From Octopus vulgaris (taxonomy: Eukaryota), in contig OX597815.1 in NCBI GenBank assembly GCA_951406725.2, positions 120,590,001 to 120,654,000 on the forward strand: DNA of 64,000 nt, read 5' to 3'. The notes below the pieces were generated by a model that had not been told where the DNA came from, searched no databases, and worked only from the letters and a program-made list of their open reading frames with translations. This document shows, piece by piece, positions 1 to 12,258 of this stretch (its first letter is position 1; every line of letters begins with the position of its first letter). The translations under genes and the position numbers were made by a program.

Positions 1-28
1 TATATACACACATATATACATATAAAAA

Positions 29-70
<42 letters not shown>

Positions 71-137
71 GCATACGTGCGTATTCATATGCATATATAC
101 ATAGTTATATACCAGCCAAAGTTAAAGTACATGCATG

Positions 138-207
<70 letters not shown>

Positions 208-478
208 TAAATAGTTAAAAAGGATGCGTGGCGTTCAATCATATAATAATATAAATAACAGTATTATATATATATATATATATTGAGAGAGAGAGAGAGA
301 GAGAGGAAGAGAAAGAGAGAGAAAGAGAGAAAGAGACAGAGAGACAAACAGACAGACCAACAAATCGACTGACAGACAAACTGACAGACAGTCAGAGAAA
401 TGTATGAAACATAGACATCATTCTTTATAAGACCATAAATTTGCAAATAGAGATTCTTGCTTCAGTCTGCGCAGTTAG

Positions 479-531
<53 letters not shown>

Positions 532-542
532 GTTTGTGTGTG
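1..542. repeat. Cluster of (TA)n, (CA)n, (GA)n and (GT)n microsatellites
   Basis: Directly visible dinucleotide runs at about 33-67, 140-205, 265-340 and 483-542. Confidence 0.95.
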
Positions 543-1178
543 TGATGCTCAACCATTTACATGTTAATTCATTGAGTAGGAAGTTCAGTCAATCGAACAA
601 CTGTACACTTTTGATCGCAAAATCTGTCCGAGACTCACATCTGAAGCCAAATTTATTAAGAGGGATGGGGTCTATTGAAAACAAAACGCACACAGCATAA
701 ATACATGCACTCACCTACAACACGATATACCAAACGATCATACGCATATCCCTGAGATGCATATATACATACTGCTTACGAAATGCTTGTACGTGGTCGC
801 TCGACTTACCATCTAAACCGTTCTAAAGCCACATCTCAGTCTTTAAAAAGGAAGAACCCATTGGATAATCAATTACTAGATCCTTCAATTGTGAAAAAAT
901 CAATTACTGTAAAAGCTGGAACTCCATTGGTTATAGGACTGCTCAGCCGGAGCTGACCTGAGGCTAAGTGGCAACAGCAGCAGCAGCCGTTCAAGAATTT
1001 GGACCTGGAGATCTCCATTTCCAGCGACTTCGAGGGCCACCTCCCAGTGGTGTCGGGCGTCAACGGAGAGCCCTCAACTACAACAAGGCGACCAAAGTTT
1101 TTTTTTCCAAGGTCTGGGGTCTCCCGCCCCTAAGCCCTAGACCATCACTTAATCACCCTTACCCGTCTTGTTGCTTAA

Positions 1179-1356
1179 CAAGAAGAAGAAGAAGAAGAAG
1201 AAGAAGAAGAAGAAGAAGAAGAAGAAGAAGAAGAAGAAGAAGAAGAAGAAGAAGAAGAAGAAGAAGAAGAAGAAGAAGAAGAAGAAGAAGAACAACAACA
1301 ACAACAACAGCAGCAGCAGCAGCAGCAGCAATAACAACAGCAACAGTAACAACAAC
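1179..1356. repeat. Compound trinucleotide microsatellite (GAA)n-(CAA)n-(CAG)n
   Basis: Long GAA run followed by CAA and CAG runs; this explains the poly-R/K/L/S/F ORFs in the track. Confidence 0.97.
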
Positions 1357-1602
1357 ACATACATACACTCGCACGCTCACATAGATGAAACGTCGGTTGG
1401 GAATTTTGCAACGATTAACGATAAAAATGTGAACAGACAACATTCGGTGAAATAAAAGGTCTGATAACAAGCAATTACACGCTCACATACATATATACAT
1501 ACACACACGCGCACACATGGGGCACGTGATGGAGACTTTTCCTATTATGCATATCTTATAAAGTTACCACTCAAGGTCAACTGTGAATTCTCTAAATTTC
1601 TA

Positions 1603-1982
1603 TTCTTTCCTACTCTAGACACAAGGCTCGAAATTTTGGGGTTTAAGGGCCAGTCGATTAGATCAACCACAGTACGCAACTGGTACTTAATTTATCGACC
1701 CCGAAGGATGAAAGGCAAAGTCAACCTCGGCGGAATTTGAACTCAGAACGTAATGGCAGGTGAAAAATCTATTTCTTTACTACCCACAAGGGGCTAAATA
1801 CAGAGAGGACAAACAAGGACAGACAAACGGATTAAGTCGATTATATCGACCCCCAGTGCGTAACTGGTACTTAATTTATCGACCCCGAAAGGATGAAAGG
1901 CAAAGTCGACCTCGGCGGAAGTTGAGCCCAAAACGTAACGGCAGACGAAATACGGCTACGCATTTCGCCCGGCGTGCGCCTT
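1603..1982 (-). mobile_element. Dimeric tRNA-derived SINE, family A (Meta-domain-like core)
   Basis: Reverse complement contains GGTCGACTTTGCCTTTCATCCTTTCGGGGTCGATAAATTAAGTACCAG and a second variant copy; homologous to the copies at 11593, 42258, 49787 and 59224. Confidence 0.85.
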
Positions 1983-2015
1983 GACAATTATATATCCCGT
2001 GGAGTTGCTACTATT

Positions 2016-2263
2016 GTGGAGGCGCGTGGTTTAGTGGTTAGGGTGTGGAATTTATGATCGTAAGGTTGTGGTTTCGATTCCTGGACCGGGCGATGCGTTG
2101 TGTTCTTGAGCAAAACACTTCATTTCACGTTGCTCCAGTCCACTCAGCCGGCAAAATTGAGTAATCTTGTGACGGACCGGCGTCCCGTCCAGGTGGGGAA
2201 TTTCTACGCCACTGAAACCGGGAAACCGGCCCTTATGAGCCTGGCATGGCTCGAGAAGGAACA
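2016..2263 (+). mobile_element. tRNA-derived SINE, family C
   Basis: Head with A-box (TGGTTTAGTGG) and B-box-like GTTTCGATTCC; 3' part GAAACCGGGAAACCGGCCCTTATGAGCC is shared with 17554-17853. Confidence 0.8.
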
Positions 2264-3847
2264 TTTATTTATTTTTTTCTTTTTAGTTGTTACTATTATT
2301 GATGCTAATTAACTCGAAGTCAGCCCTAATCCAGGAGACCTAAGTTCTAATACGTTCCAGTCATGACCACTTCGTCCTTTTTAAAATTTTTTTTAACGTT
2401 GGGCTGTATCTTGTCTACAGCACCCAATGACTTTTGTCCTCTCAAAATATGATCTTTCTTAAAGAGATATCGTTGTTATTTCAAGCAGACCAAACGAGAA
2501 CGCAAAGCTCTCTTGTTGGCCGGAGATATCCCTGTGAAACTGGCCGTGTAACGATGGGTAAGTGAAGTGATATTGAAGTGTAATTAATACATGCGTAGTA
2601 TCTGATGTGACGTCAGCAAAATAAAACAACTCCCAGAAAGAACTCTGTTTGGCAATGCGTCATTATCATTGTTGTTCAAACCAAAAGAGAAGCATGATCG
2701 TCTGGCCTGCTAGAAATGACAGCTGAATCCCTCACAATCACATCGTCGGTTTCCTATTTTCATGTTTTTCTTTCAAGGGCATATAAGTTACTATAATCTC
2801 GAGACATTATATCTGAAAAAGATAGACACGAAATCAACTGAAATACTTTTAATCAGACTTGTTTTGAGCTTCTGCAACAACTACAATTACAACATCACAG
2901 TTGTTGAAATTAATCAGCTAGGAAATGTCCCGGCAGCATGTATTATTACTACAAATAAATACTTTACAAAATACTCGGCAATTAATTCTATAACTGAAAC
3001 ATAAAGCATCAAAGAGACAGTGCGTATGTGTGTTTATATAGATTCTTTTAATATTTTGTTCCTTCTTAGCTCGCTGATGAGTGCAGTCGATCAAGAAACC
3101 TTTTTGGCTAGCTTTTGAAATCCTACTTATTTTACTCATTACAAGTACACAATAGACTCTATATAAATTTAACACAGGGAGCTATTGCTCACGGGTATGT
3201 TTTGCACCAAAACAAACCAGAGTATGTGTAGACACACACACATATATAAGTAGACAGAAGAAAACAACATACAATTTAATACTGAAACTGTGGTAAATTT
3301 TGATAAGTAAATTTACCAAAAGAGATTTACGAAAATGTAAATCTTTTTGCTACCAGCCCTCAAACACACTGCAGGTGAATTACCGTTACTGCAGGATCTC
3401 TAGGTCAATTTAGATAATGGTGCATCATTTCATGCAACCGTTACTAAAATGTTAACCAGTGATGGATCATTCAGAACTAGCAAGCACGAAATCCTGCTGG
3501 TTCTATGGAAACATTTGTCCTTAGCCGTCTGCTCCATTGCTAACAATTATGGTCGTAACACAGAAAAGCAGTTCACAATTACCACACAAAGTTAATTACT
3601 TTAGAGTTACTGGTAAGCTACTGGTCGAGGCTGAAAGAGCTAAGTCTCTACTCCTTGGAGTAAAACCGGGAAATATATGCATTGATATATGTATAAAAGA
3701 CCATGAAAGAGCATGTACCAGAAAGCGCTGAACGGAAAATACACATCTATATTAAGAGCCGTGTTTTTCTGTCCATCTACCCGCCTGTTTGTGAAATAAA
3801 ACAATTTGTATTATGACGTCATTTCAACCATGATGTTATTTTCAATG

Positions 3848-5472
3848 CCGAAGCGGCATCCCGAGGCTGTTGGAGAGTCGGTTTCAGCATATGCGGATGA
3901 CGTCACCATTATTGTAACCAAGATGGAACACCTACAGAGGGTAAGTGAAACCATTAAGGTTTACGAGACGGTGGCAGGAGCAAAGATTAACCGGGAAAAG
4001 TCAGTCGGCTTGCAACTCGGCACCTGGAGGGGCAAGTCGATGCCTTTGGATAGCGTCATGGGACGTTGGACGGAGGGCCCGGTTAAGCTGCTAGGGGTAT
4101 GGTTTGGACCAGACCTCCAGGTAGAAAAGAATTGGGCAGAGGTATTGAGCAAGGTGACCTGCATAGTCAAGACCTGGTCTTGGCGGTGGCTATCCTTGAA
4201 AGGGAGGGCGGAGGTGGCCAATGTGTTTATCGCATCGGTCATCATTTACCGCCTAACCGTCGTGCCCTGTCCCGGTTCGTGGTTGAGCAAGCTGGAGAGG
4301 CATATCTTTCGCTTTTTGTAGAAGAGCACCACTCCTCTCGTGAGGCGTTCTATCTGCTGCCAGAAGCCGTTGAATGGAGGACTGGGGATGCCTTGGCTGT
4401 TGATGCGCAAACATGCGCTGAGGTTGAGGCATCTCTGGCTACTCCTGAATGGTGAACAGGTGTGGTCTCCGTTCGCGAAACGGATGTTTCCCAGGTTCAC
4501 TAGTTTTAGTGAACAAGAAAGCTGGTTCCTTCGTAGATCGAGGTTGGGTACATGGTTTACGGAGTGCCATAAAGCACTCCTACAGTTCCATCGCTCGGGT
4601 AATGCTAGCGGTTTTGGTACCACCACATTTTTCTATAGCAGGTTGGTAGAGGCTGGGAACGACGATACCCTAAAGGAAACCCTAGGTCTCGGGATAACTA
4701 GTTAGACAATCTGTTCCGAAGGACGTTCGGGCCGGGGTGTTTGGATAATTTCCAAAAATCCCTGGCCTGGCAATGATACCGAGGAGCCTTACCCGTTCGG
4801 GATAAGCTCGCACGACACGGTCGATCCACCTCTGCCGACTGTCCAAGATGCGGACGGGATAGGGAAACTGTTCTGCACGCTATTGTTCAGTGTCCGGGAG
4901 TGTCTGAAGTGTGGGTTTATGCAGAACATCTGCTGTCAGGTTCGGGAAGAGTACAGCTGTCGTCTGAGTCAATCGTAAAAATTGACCCGCCGGATTTCCT
5001 CACGAAAGAAGGTAAGCAATGTTTTCTCGCAGTAGTAGCAATAGCGAAAGAGGTGGTATGGAAGTCGCGAATGAAAGGTTTGGCGACAGGCAACCTCATC
5101 TCCGGTCTCGGGTTGGTGAGATATTTTATCTTCCACCTTAAAAAGAAGGTGAGGCTGGAAAGAAGATGCCTGTCAAAGAAAATGTTCAAAGAAAGATGGT
5201 TGCATGTTGCGAGGGTACTGGGAATGAAAGATTCCTCGTGAACATGTCATAAGTCTGCATACAAAAGTTTCAGTAGGAGAATGGGGCTCGTGGGGTCGGA
5301 GCGTAAGCCATCTCTCTGCTTCATTTCATGTTTGTATTTCGTCCTTGTTGTATCTCATTCGATTTCATTCGATTTCATTATATTTTGTAAAATTTTAAAA
5401 GTCATATAATCATTGTGTGTCTGACCCCAATCAGGCCCTCTATGTTTGGGCCCTTGTGGCTAATAAAGAAAT
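3848..5472 (+). mobile_element. 5'-truncated L1/Tx1-clade LINE: RT C-terminal part, C-terminal zinc knuckle and 3' UTR (pseudogenised ORF2)
   Basis: SAYADDVTIIV RT motif, GAKINREKS, KLLGVWFG, LSLKGRAEVAN, GGLGMP and CPRC...ETVLHAIVQC; in-frame stops at about 4319 and 4774 and a frameshift near 4700; ends in AATAAAGAAA. Confidence 0.92.
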
Positions 5473-5714
5473 TGGATATTTTTTCCTTTTGCTTTATATT
5501 TCGTTTGGATATTTTAATACATTTCTAATATGACGTCATCATTTGCTGATTTCCTTTACAAGCATGCAGCCAATGATTTTCAAGTAACATATCTGATGAA
5601 ACGAAAAAAAAAAAAAAAAGCAGCGAATTTATTTCAATTTATGTGTTGAATTCAGATATACATTCTAAACGAAAATGATGTTTGTATTTTATTTTGATCA
5701 AAGAAAATGGTCCG

Positions 5715-6636
5715 TAGATGTCTTGCAAACAACTTGCACATACAAGTGCTACCAGTCGAGAACTCCGCATACCGGAAGCCAGCAAGTGTATGGGGTCATC
5801 AGGAGAGAAAATCGCGCCGTTTCGGGGCCTACTTCTCCGCGGCATCAATGCGTACGCCCCCCCCCCCCCGCTCACTGATATGAGGCCCCGCTTGCTAGAT
5901 CAACTGGTTATTAAATAAAGCTCACTATTTCTCTAGCCATTGCTCATCGTCTCGTTTTAACCAAATCCAGTGGCTAGCCTTCTAGTAGTTTGGATATCGG
6001 TCATGGTGGTATTGACTTTACGATGAGTTAGGCCTAACAATAACAACAGTCGTCTCACACTGTGTCCAACAAACCCTCTACATTTAACTTCGATTGGATA
6101 ATGCTCCGCTTTCCAGCCTGCCTCTTCACATTCTTCGATGAGGTTTACATAACGATCAATCTTTCGAGCCCGAGCGGCGTCCATGTTATCTTCATGAGGA
6201 ACCGTTAACTCGACTAGATTTACAACTTACCTTCTTTCACACCATTTCAAAATGTCCGGTTTTTTCGTAACTGGGATGGGAAAGAATCCCTGGCACCCAG
6301 GTAAATCTGCAGTCACTTCCCAATAGTCGTTCTACTTTTCATCTTTCACAGGAGGTTTCTTGTTGTTCTTGAAACGGATCCGCTGACCTGAGCGCACGAA
6401 GGTAACGAAATCTCTAGTTGGTACTTTCAACGGTTTTTTCTCAGTGTTGTTGAGATGAATTTGGCTCTTTATAGCATTGAAGATAACCTTAAGGACCAAA
6501 TTGTGTCTCCATGTATACCTGTTCAATGCTAATGAACAGTTGGAAAGAATATGATTCAGTGTTCCGACCTTTCCGCATTTGCATATGCCATTCTCTGAGA
6601 TGTTTCATCTTACTAGATTCGTAGGTGATGGCAGCA
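5715..6636 (-). mobile_element. HERO-clade (R2-like, RLE) non-LTR retrotransposon 3' fragment with 3' UTR
   Basis: Minus-strand translation LLPSPTNLVR*...CKCGKVGTLNHILSNCSLALNRYTWRHNLVL (CCHC zinc knuckle) and KPDIL...ELTVPHEDNMDAARARKIDRY...PIEVKCRGFV (restriction-like endonuclease); stops and frameshifts are present. Confidence 0.85.
5788..5855 (-). ncRNA. Non-circularly permuted hammerhead-like motif in the HERO 3' UTR (cleavage triplet mutated in this copy)
   Basis: Minus strand reads GCCG-CG-GAGAAG...GAAA-CGGC...TTCTCTC-CTGATGA; homologous to 45825-45891 but the UC site reads CG. Confidence 0.5.
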
Positions 6637-6929
6637 GACTTTTTATGAAAGGAAAAGGACAAAAACGGTAAGATAGAGAGAAAAAAGAAAAAAGGTAAGA
6701 AAAAACGTTACAGTTCTACTGAAGCTTCGGTGAGTAAAACGGTTGATTCTGCTGTAAACCTAATTTGATTTATTGAATACAGTTGCTAACTATTTAATTT
6801 TGAGATGCGAAAACTATGTTACAAAACCTTCTTTCATTAAAACAATCAATTCTGTTGGCTGCAGTGTAAATATATTTTCCACTTACATCTTTGTAAACAT
6901 TGTGAAATTCGCACCTAATAAGTTTATGG

Positions 6930-7350
6930 TGTAACGAAGGATCTGTTATCGATTCACTGAAAGGGTGTCGATATCCGATCTAGTCACATATAATTTTATA
7001 AGACAATACAGACGAAGTCAGGGTAGGTAAAAATACAGCAGTTCGTTTATTTATTGCGATGTCGTACGTGTATCTGAGGGGAGAAAGACAACCTCTGATG
7101 TGCAGCTTCTTGTTAGTTTGTTGAAGATTGTTGGTGGTCGCTGGCAGCTATGTGGTAGGACGAGTGGTAGTCAGAGCCAGTTGAAAGTACGTCCGATCGC
7201 GATGCTGACTAGCCGGAGAGAAAGATTTGAGCTTTTCGGGCTTGAGGGAACGTTTCCTGCACATGCGCATGGGGAAGACTTCCGGTGGCCACCCGGAAGT
7301 AGTCCCATTCTGCGCATGCGCGCTGAACCCTACACAGTAGCATCACTACA
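6930..7350 (-). repeat. 3' LTR of the Gypsy element
   Basis: Direct repeat of 9273-9693; TGTAAC...CTACA termini on the + strand; adjacent to the PPT. Confidence 0.96.
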
Positions 7351-7559
7351 GGGCTCCCCTTCGAGTGCGAAGTACGACAACAAGAAAATTTGTGGTGGTG
7401 CTGCAGAAAACAGAAGGCTTGCCGATCCCCCAGAAGACTTGGTACATAATATCATACAATATAACAAAATGGCAGAATTTATAATATACATAAGAAATTC
7501 ACCAAAAGGAAAAAAAAAAGAAAAAATACTCAAAATGAGCAAAATCAAAGGTGCATGTG

Positions 7560-7990
7560 TGAATAAGAATAGCTTCCGGCCAACGTGAGAAATGATCGAT
7601 AAAGTTAAATATATATGAGAACCCATTACTCACAGGCCATGGTCCAACCAAATCAAGGTGGACATGGCGAAAACGGGCTTCAGGAGAAGAAAACTGTCCA
7701 AGTGGAGCACGAACGTGTCCATGGACCTTAGCACTCTGGCACTTCAAACAAGAGCGTGCCCAAGAGGTAATCGATCGTCGCATATTGGGCCAAAAGAACT
7801 GTGGCAGAGTTACCTGGATGTGACAGTGAATGAAGAGCATCAAACACAGAACGTTGATGTTTCTCAGGTACTAATGGTCTAGGTGAACCGGTGGATACGT
7901 CACAAAGTATAGAGCCTTCTGCTGAAGGGAAGGCAAACTTACAGTTAATAAACTTAGGCGAAGTTAAATCCAACTCCTCTAAAGGTGGTT
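7560..7990 (-). pseudogene. Gypsy integrase fragment (HHCC zinc finger plus first catalytic Asp)
   Basis: RPLVPEKHQRSVFDALHSLSHPG (frameshift) FWPNMRRSITSWARSCLKCQSAKV...HLDLVGP. Confidence 0.9.
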
Positions 7991-9272
7991 GATCCTGCGA
8001 AATAGCAGTTAAGTCAATTGCTGCAGGAGAGGAAATGGAATTGACAGATAGATCGCTAGTAACACAAAAGGCAGACAGTGCTTCAGCTGAAAGTGTAAGG
8101 TTAGCAAAGGTGACAGCGTAAGCATGCTGGAGTGATGCGCGAGACAGATAATTTTCTCTGTTAATTACGTGACCAACAGGGGTCTAACAGGGGGAAATTA
8201 CGCCTAAACATGGGCGCAGCGCAAGTGAACATCCGACGTTCTTTGAGTCGGGAAAAGAATTGAGCTGACGCAGACGTGTTGCAAAAGAAGGCAGTACACG
8301 TGCAGAACAGAGGTGCATGAATGCAATAGGGCTTGCTAGACTGAAACACAGCAATGAATATGCCAGTGGTTAATGTAGTAAGGCTGAGGTTGCCAGCCAG
8401 TGCTTGAGCGATTATATGCCTCGGTCGTGCAGGAACAAAAGTGTGACATGCTGGCGCGTTATCATGGACAAACAACTTTCTCTATGTATACGTGACCGAC
8501 CTAGGGTCTTACAGAGATGAGTTGTGTCCACAAAGACAACCTCTGATGTGCAGCTTCTTGTTAGTTTGTTGAAGATTGTTGGTGGTCGCGAAAGGCATGT
8601 GTGACGTATGAATGTGACAGAGATAGCATTTGTGTGTGTACGTGTGTGCGACAGAAATACAACAAGGTGAATGCGGACAAAATAAAATACAGCGCATAGG
8701 AAAAAGTCTCTCAGGGCTATTTCAGACAAGATGGAGTTAATTTACCAGTTCGTAATAGCATGATACATAATAGCAGTTCGTTCTGTAACAGAATGTTGAG
8801 ATCACAAATGCAGATGCCGGTTGAACACATGTCGTGTAGCGGTTGTGGCTTCAATGCTGTGACAGGTTAAATTGGTACAGAAGATCTCGCAGGTAGACTG
8901 TGCTGTTAATGCTAGTGTGTATACACGAACAGCGTGTACGCTAAACTTCCGCGAGTTGCTATGTACATCTTGTTGAGGTCGACGGTGTTGAAGGCGACAG
9001 TGATGGACTTGAGACACATTGTTGCTTAGTGTTGCTGGCGACGAAGATAACGACGACGTGAAGTTCTAAGACGACGATGGTGATGACGACGGCAGAGAAA
9101 AAGCATCGATGATATGTAGGCGTCCGTGGTGTCTGTTAGTGTCGTCATTATTGCTCGCCGTGGTGAAAAAGAGAAAAAAATGAAAAAATGAATGTTCAGC
9201 GCTCTATCCGGCAAAAACCCGTTCGCTGCGTCTTCTGTTCTGTTCTTTTTTTTTCAACTTGGGGTCACCAAT

Positions 9273-9693
9273 TGTAACGAAGGATCTGTTATCGATTCAC
9301 TGAAAGCGTGTCGATATCCGATCTAGTCACATATAATTTTATAAGACAATACAGACGAAGTCAGGGTAGGTAAAAAGACAGCAGTTCGTTTATTTATTGC
9401 GATGTCGTACGTGTGTCTGAGGGGAGAAAGACAACCTCTGATGTGCAACTTCTTGTTAGTTTGTTGAAGATTGTTGGTGGTCGCTGGCGGCTATGTGGTA
9501 GGACGAGTGGTAGTCAGAGCCAGTTGAAAGTACGTCCGATCGCGATGCTGACTAGCCGGAGAGAAAGATTTGAGCTTTTCGGGCTTGAGGGAACGTTTCC
9601 CGCACATGCGCATGGGGAAGACTTCCGGTGGCCACCCGGAAGTAGTCCCATTCTGCGCATGCGCGCTGAACCCTACACAGTAGCATCACTACA
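9273..9693 (-). repeat. 5' LTR of the Gypsy element
   Basis: Followed on the - strand by AT-TGGTGACCCC, complementary to the GGGGUCACCA 3' end of tRNA-Trp. Confidence 0.96.
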
Positions 9694-10159
9694 ATGGTAT
9701 ATTCTAGAACTTTTAAACGAGATTATAAAAACACTGGTATTTATCTTTCTAAAAAAGCCTTCCTCCTTGCAGCCGAAGGTAAAGTGTCTTTAGACCAACA
9801 TTTAATAAGATAATCTTCATCCCATCAGTTTTTCTTCAAGAGATTATCCTTGTAACCATAGGCTTTGTTCTAGATCTATTTAAAATATTTCATCTGTTAC
9901 CTCATCTTCGGCAATTTCATTTTTTCTTTATTCACACACATTACATGCTTACAATAAATTGCACTTTGTGTATATAAAAATGTTTAGTGTTATTGATAAA
10001 CCTTGTTGAAGATAATTCTTTCTCCTATTAATTATTCAAGATTTTAATCATGATACAAGTTGTACATTCTACTAACCTTACTTCCTGAACCCCATTTTAA
10101 CATTTGATGATATAAGCATTATAACAAAAACAGTGTATTCATATTATAATGATAAATAA

Positions 10160-10352
10160 TGCGGCGAGCTAGCAAAATGCTTTGCAGTATTTCATCCGTC
10201 TTCACGTTCTGGGTTCAAATTCCGCTGAGGTCGACTTTGCTTTTCATCCTTTCGGGGTCAATTAAATAAGTACCAGTTACACACTGGGATCGATGTAATC
10301 GGCTTAATCCGTTCCCCCAATTTCAGGCCTTGTGCTTCCAGTAGAAAGGATT
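10160..10352 (+). mobile_element. SINE family A monomer
   Basis: GCGGCGAGCTAGCA head, GAGGTCGACTTTGCTTTTCATCCTTTCGGGGTC core and CCTTGTGCTTCCAGTAGAAAGG tail. Confidence 0.8.
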
Positions 10353-11592
10353 ATTATAAAGATAAATAAATATCCTCTGTTTAACTATGACAAAACTCGA
10401 ACCCGTAGCCACAAAATATAATCAAACCAATGATTTATCACTTAGACACACTCCTTAAAAATCCAATATGTTTACAGGCATTTAAATAGCTATGCAGCAA
10501 AAATGTTTCTACTTCGTTTATCAAATACTACAAATGAGACGAAATAATGAAACAACCGTTACTCATAATTCTCAATAAATGGCACTACACACACACACAT
10601 ACACATACACACACACACACTCACACACACACACACATACACGCATACACGCACACACACAAACGTATGTGTGTGGTGTACATATATATATATAAAGTTT
10701 CTAACCGGATGTTCTTCATATCATTATATATCTTCTGACGTAATATTTTAATCGCTCCGCTGATTAATCTTTGACACACGCTATGAAGAAGAAAAAAACG
10801 ATTATGTCATAAAGAAAAACATAAAAAAATACAATTCTACTTAAATTTTAGTGCGTCACTATTCCGTGAACATTTGTTGCTTATCTAGAAATAGGATGGC
10901 GAATTTTTTACTTGGTGAGAATCACATAAAAAAACGTTAAATGGAGAAAATTATGTATTTTCTCGACCAAGGTGGTGATAAAAAAAAACAATTATTGAGC
11001 TTAATCTTGGTTTAAATGATACAAATAATATATAACAAATATTTCATCCAAAAGTAGTTGTTTTTTTTTTAACCATAGACCAATTAGTCTCGATTGAGTG
11101 GGCCTGAGAAAAAAGGTCTCTATCTGGGGACATATTGTATTGTCTTTCTATTATAACCGTAGGGTATGATCTGAAATACTTTTGGCTCTTCTTTATAACC
11201 GGAAGGATTTCAGTTTTGTCCTATGGAAGTTTTTTTTGTCGAAATTAGATTTAACCGATCATACTTGTGATCAAACCCGTTCCATCAATAGCCATCATAT
11301 CATTTTGTACATTGTTATAGGTCTAACTAGCAGCATTTTAAGAAGCAAGATACGAATTCATGGAACGCTAAAACATTTTTCGAAGAATCTTCGACGAGTC
11401 TTCTACTATAGACCCAAGGTGACTAAAGCCTTGTGAGTGAATGTAAACTGAAAGAAGCCTGTTGTATATATGTGTGAATGTATGAGCGAGCATCCGTACC
11501 CACTCTCTTGACAACTGGTGTTAGCTTCTTTACGTAAACTTAGCGGTTTAGCTATAGAAAATCATAGAATAGGTAACAGACTTAATAATAAT

Positions 11593-11977
11593 TCTTTCTA
11601 CTCTAGGCACAAGGCATGAAATTTGGAGGAGGGGGCTAGTCAATTACATCGACCCTAGTACTTATTTAATCGACCCCGAAAGGATGAAAGGCAAATCGAC
11701 TCCGGCAGAATTTGAACTCAGAGTGTAACGGCAGACGAAATACCTATTTCTTTACTACCCACAAGGGGCTACACACAGAGAGGGCAAACAAGGACAGACA
11801 AACGGATTAAGTCGATTATATCGACCCCAGTGCGTAACTGGTACTTATTTAATCGACCCCGAAAGGATGAAAGGCAAAGTAGACCTCGGCGGAATTTGAA
11901 CTCAGAACCCAACGGCAGACGAAATACGGCTACGCATTTCGCCTGGCGTGCTAACGTTTCTGCCAGCTCGCCGCCTT
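11593..11977 (-). mobile_element. Dimeric SINE family A
   Basis: Full head AAGGCGGCGAGCTGGCAGAAACGTTAGC on the - strand and two core units. Confidence 0.87.
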
Positions 11978-12258
11978 GATAACAATAATAATAATAAGTA
12001 TTGTGGTCGTGTGTTCGACTAAACTCATTCCAGGTTGTACCCTAGTATGGCCGCAGTCCGATGAGCAGAGCAAGTAAAAGAAGAAAAAAACTATTAGGAT
12101 AAAAGGACTGAAGGATTCTTGAAACTTATCCGCCCCACCACCTAAGCAAAAACAAAACAAAAGTACATTAAGTATAGTAAACAATGATAGCATTCCAGGT
12201 ATGACTTGCTTTTTACTAGTTTCTAGCAGTTTAGTAAATTTTGTTTGTTATTTGATAT

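Larger units (their letters stand above)
6930..9693 (-). mobile_element. Internally deleted Gypsy/Ty3 LTR retrotransposon with both LTRs
   Basis: 421-bp LTRs at 6930-7350 and 9273-9693 (TG...CA, 6 differences counted by eye); ATGG target-site duplication on both sides; PBS TGGTGACCCC at 9270-9261; PPT-like GAAGGGGAGCCC next to 7351; integrase remnants FWPNMRRSITSWARSCLKCQ...HVHLDLVGP...IDHFSRWPEAI. Confidence 0.96.

Noticed and set aside
968-1470. Poly-R/K/L/S/F ORFs, and similar HT/VC/YI/N-rich ORFs throughout the window
   Set aside because: They are translations of microsatellites, not genes.
3074-3112. CTGATGA...GAAAC hammerhead-like spacing
   Set aside because: Stem II and the UH/stem I pairing are not convincing.
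7100-7588. 162-aa and 126-aa (9413-9793) near-identical ORFs
   Set aside because: They are antisense frames of the two LTRs with no protein-family signal.
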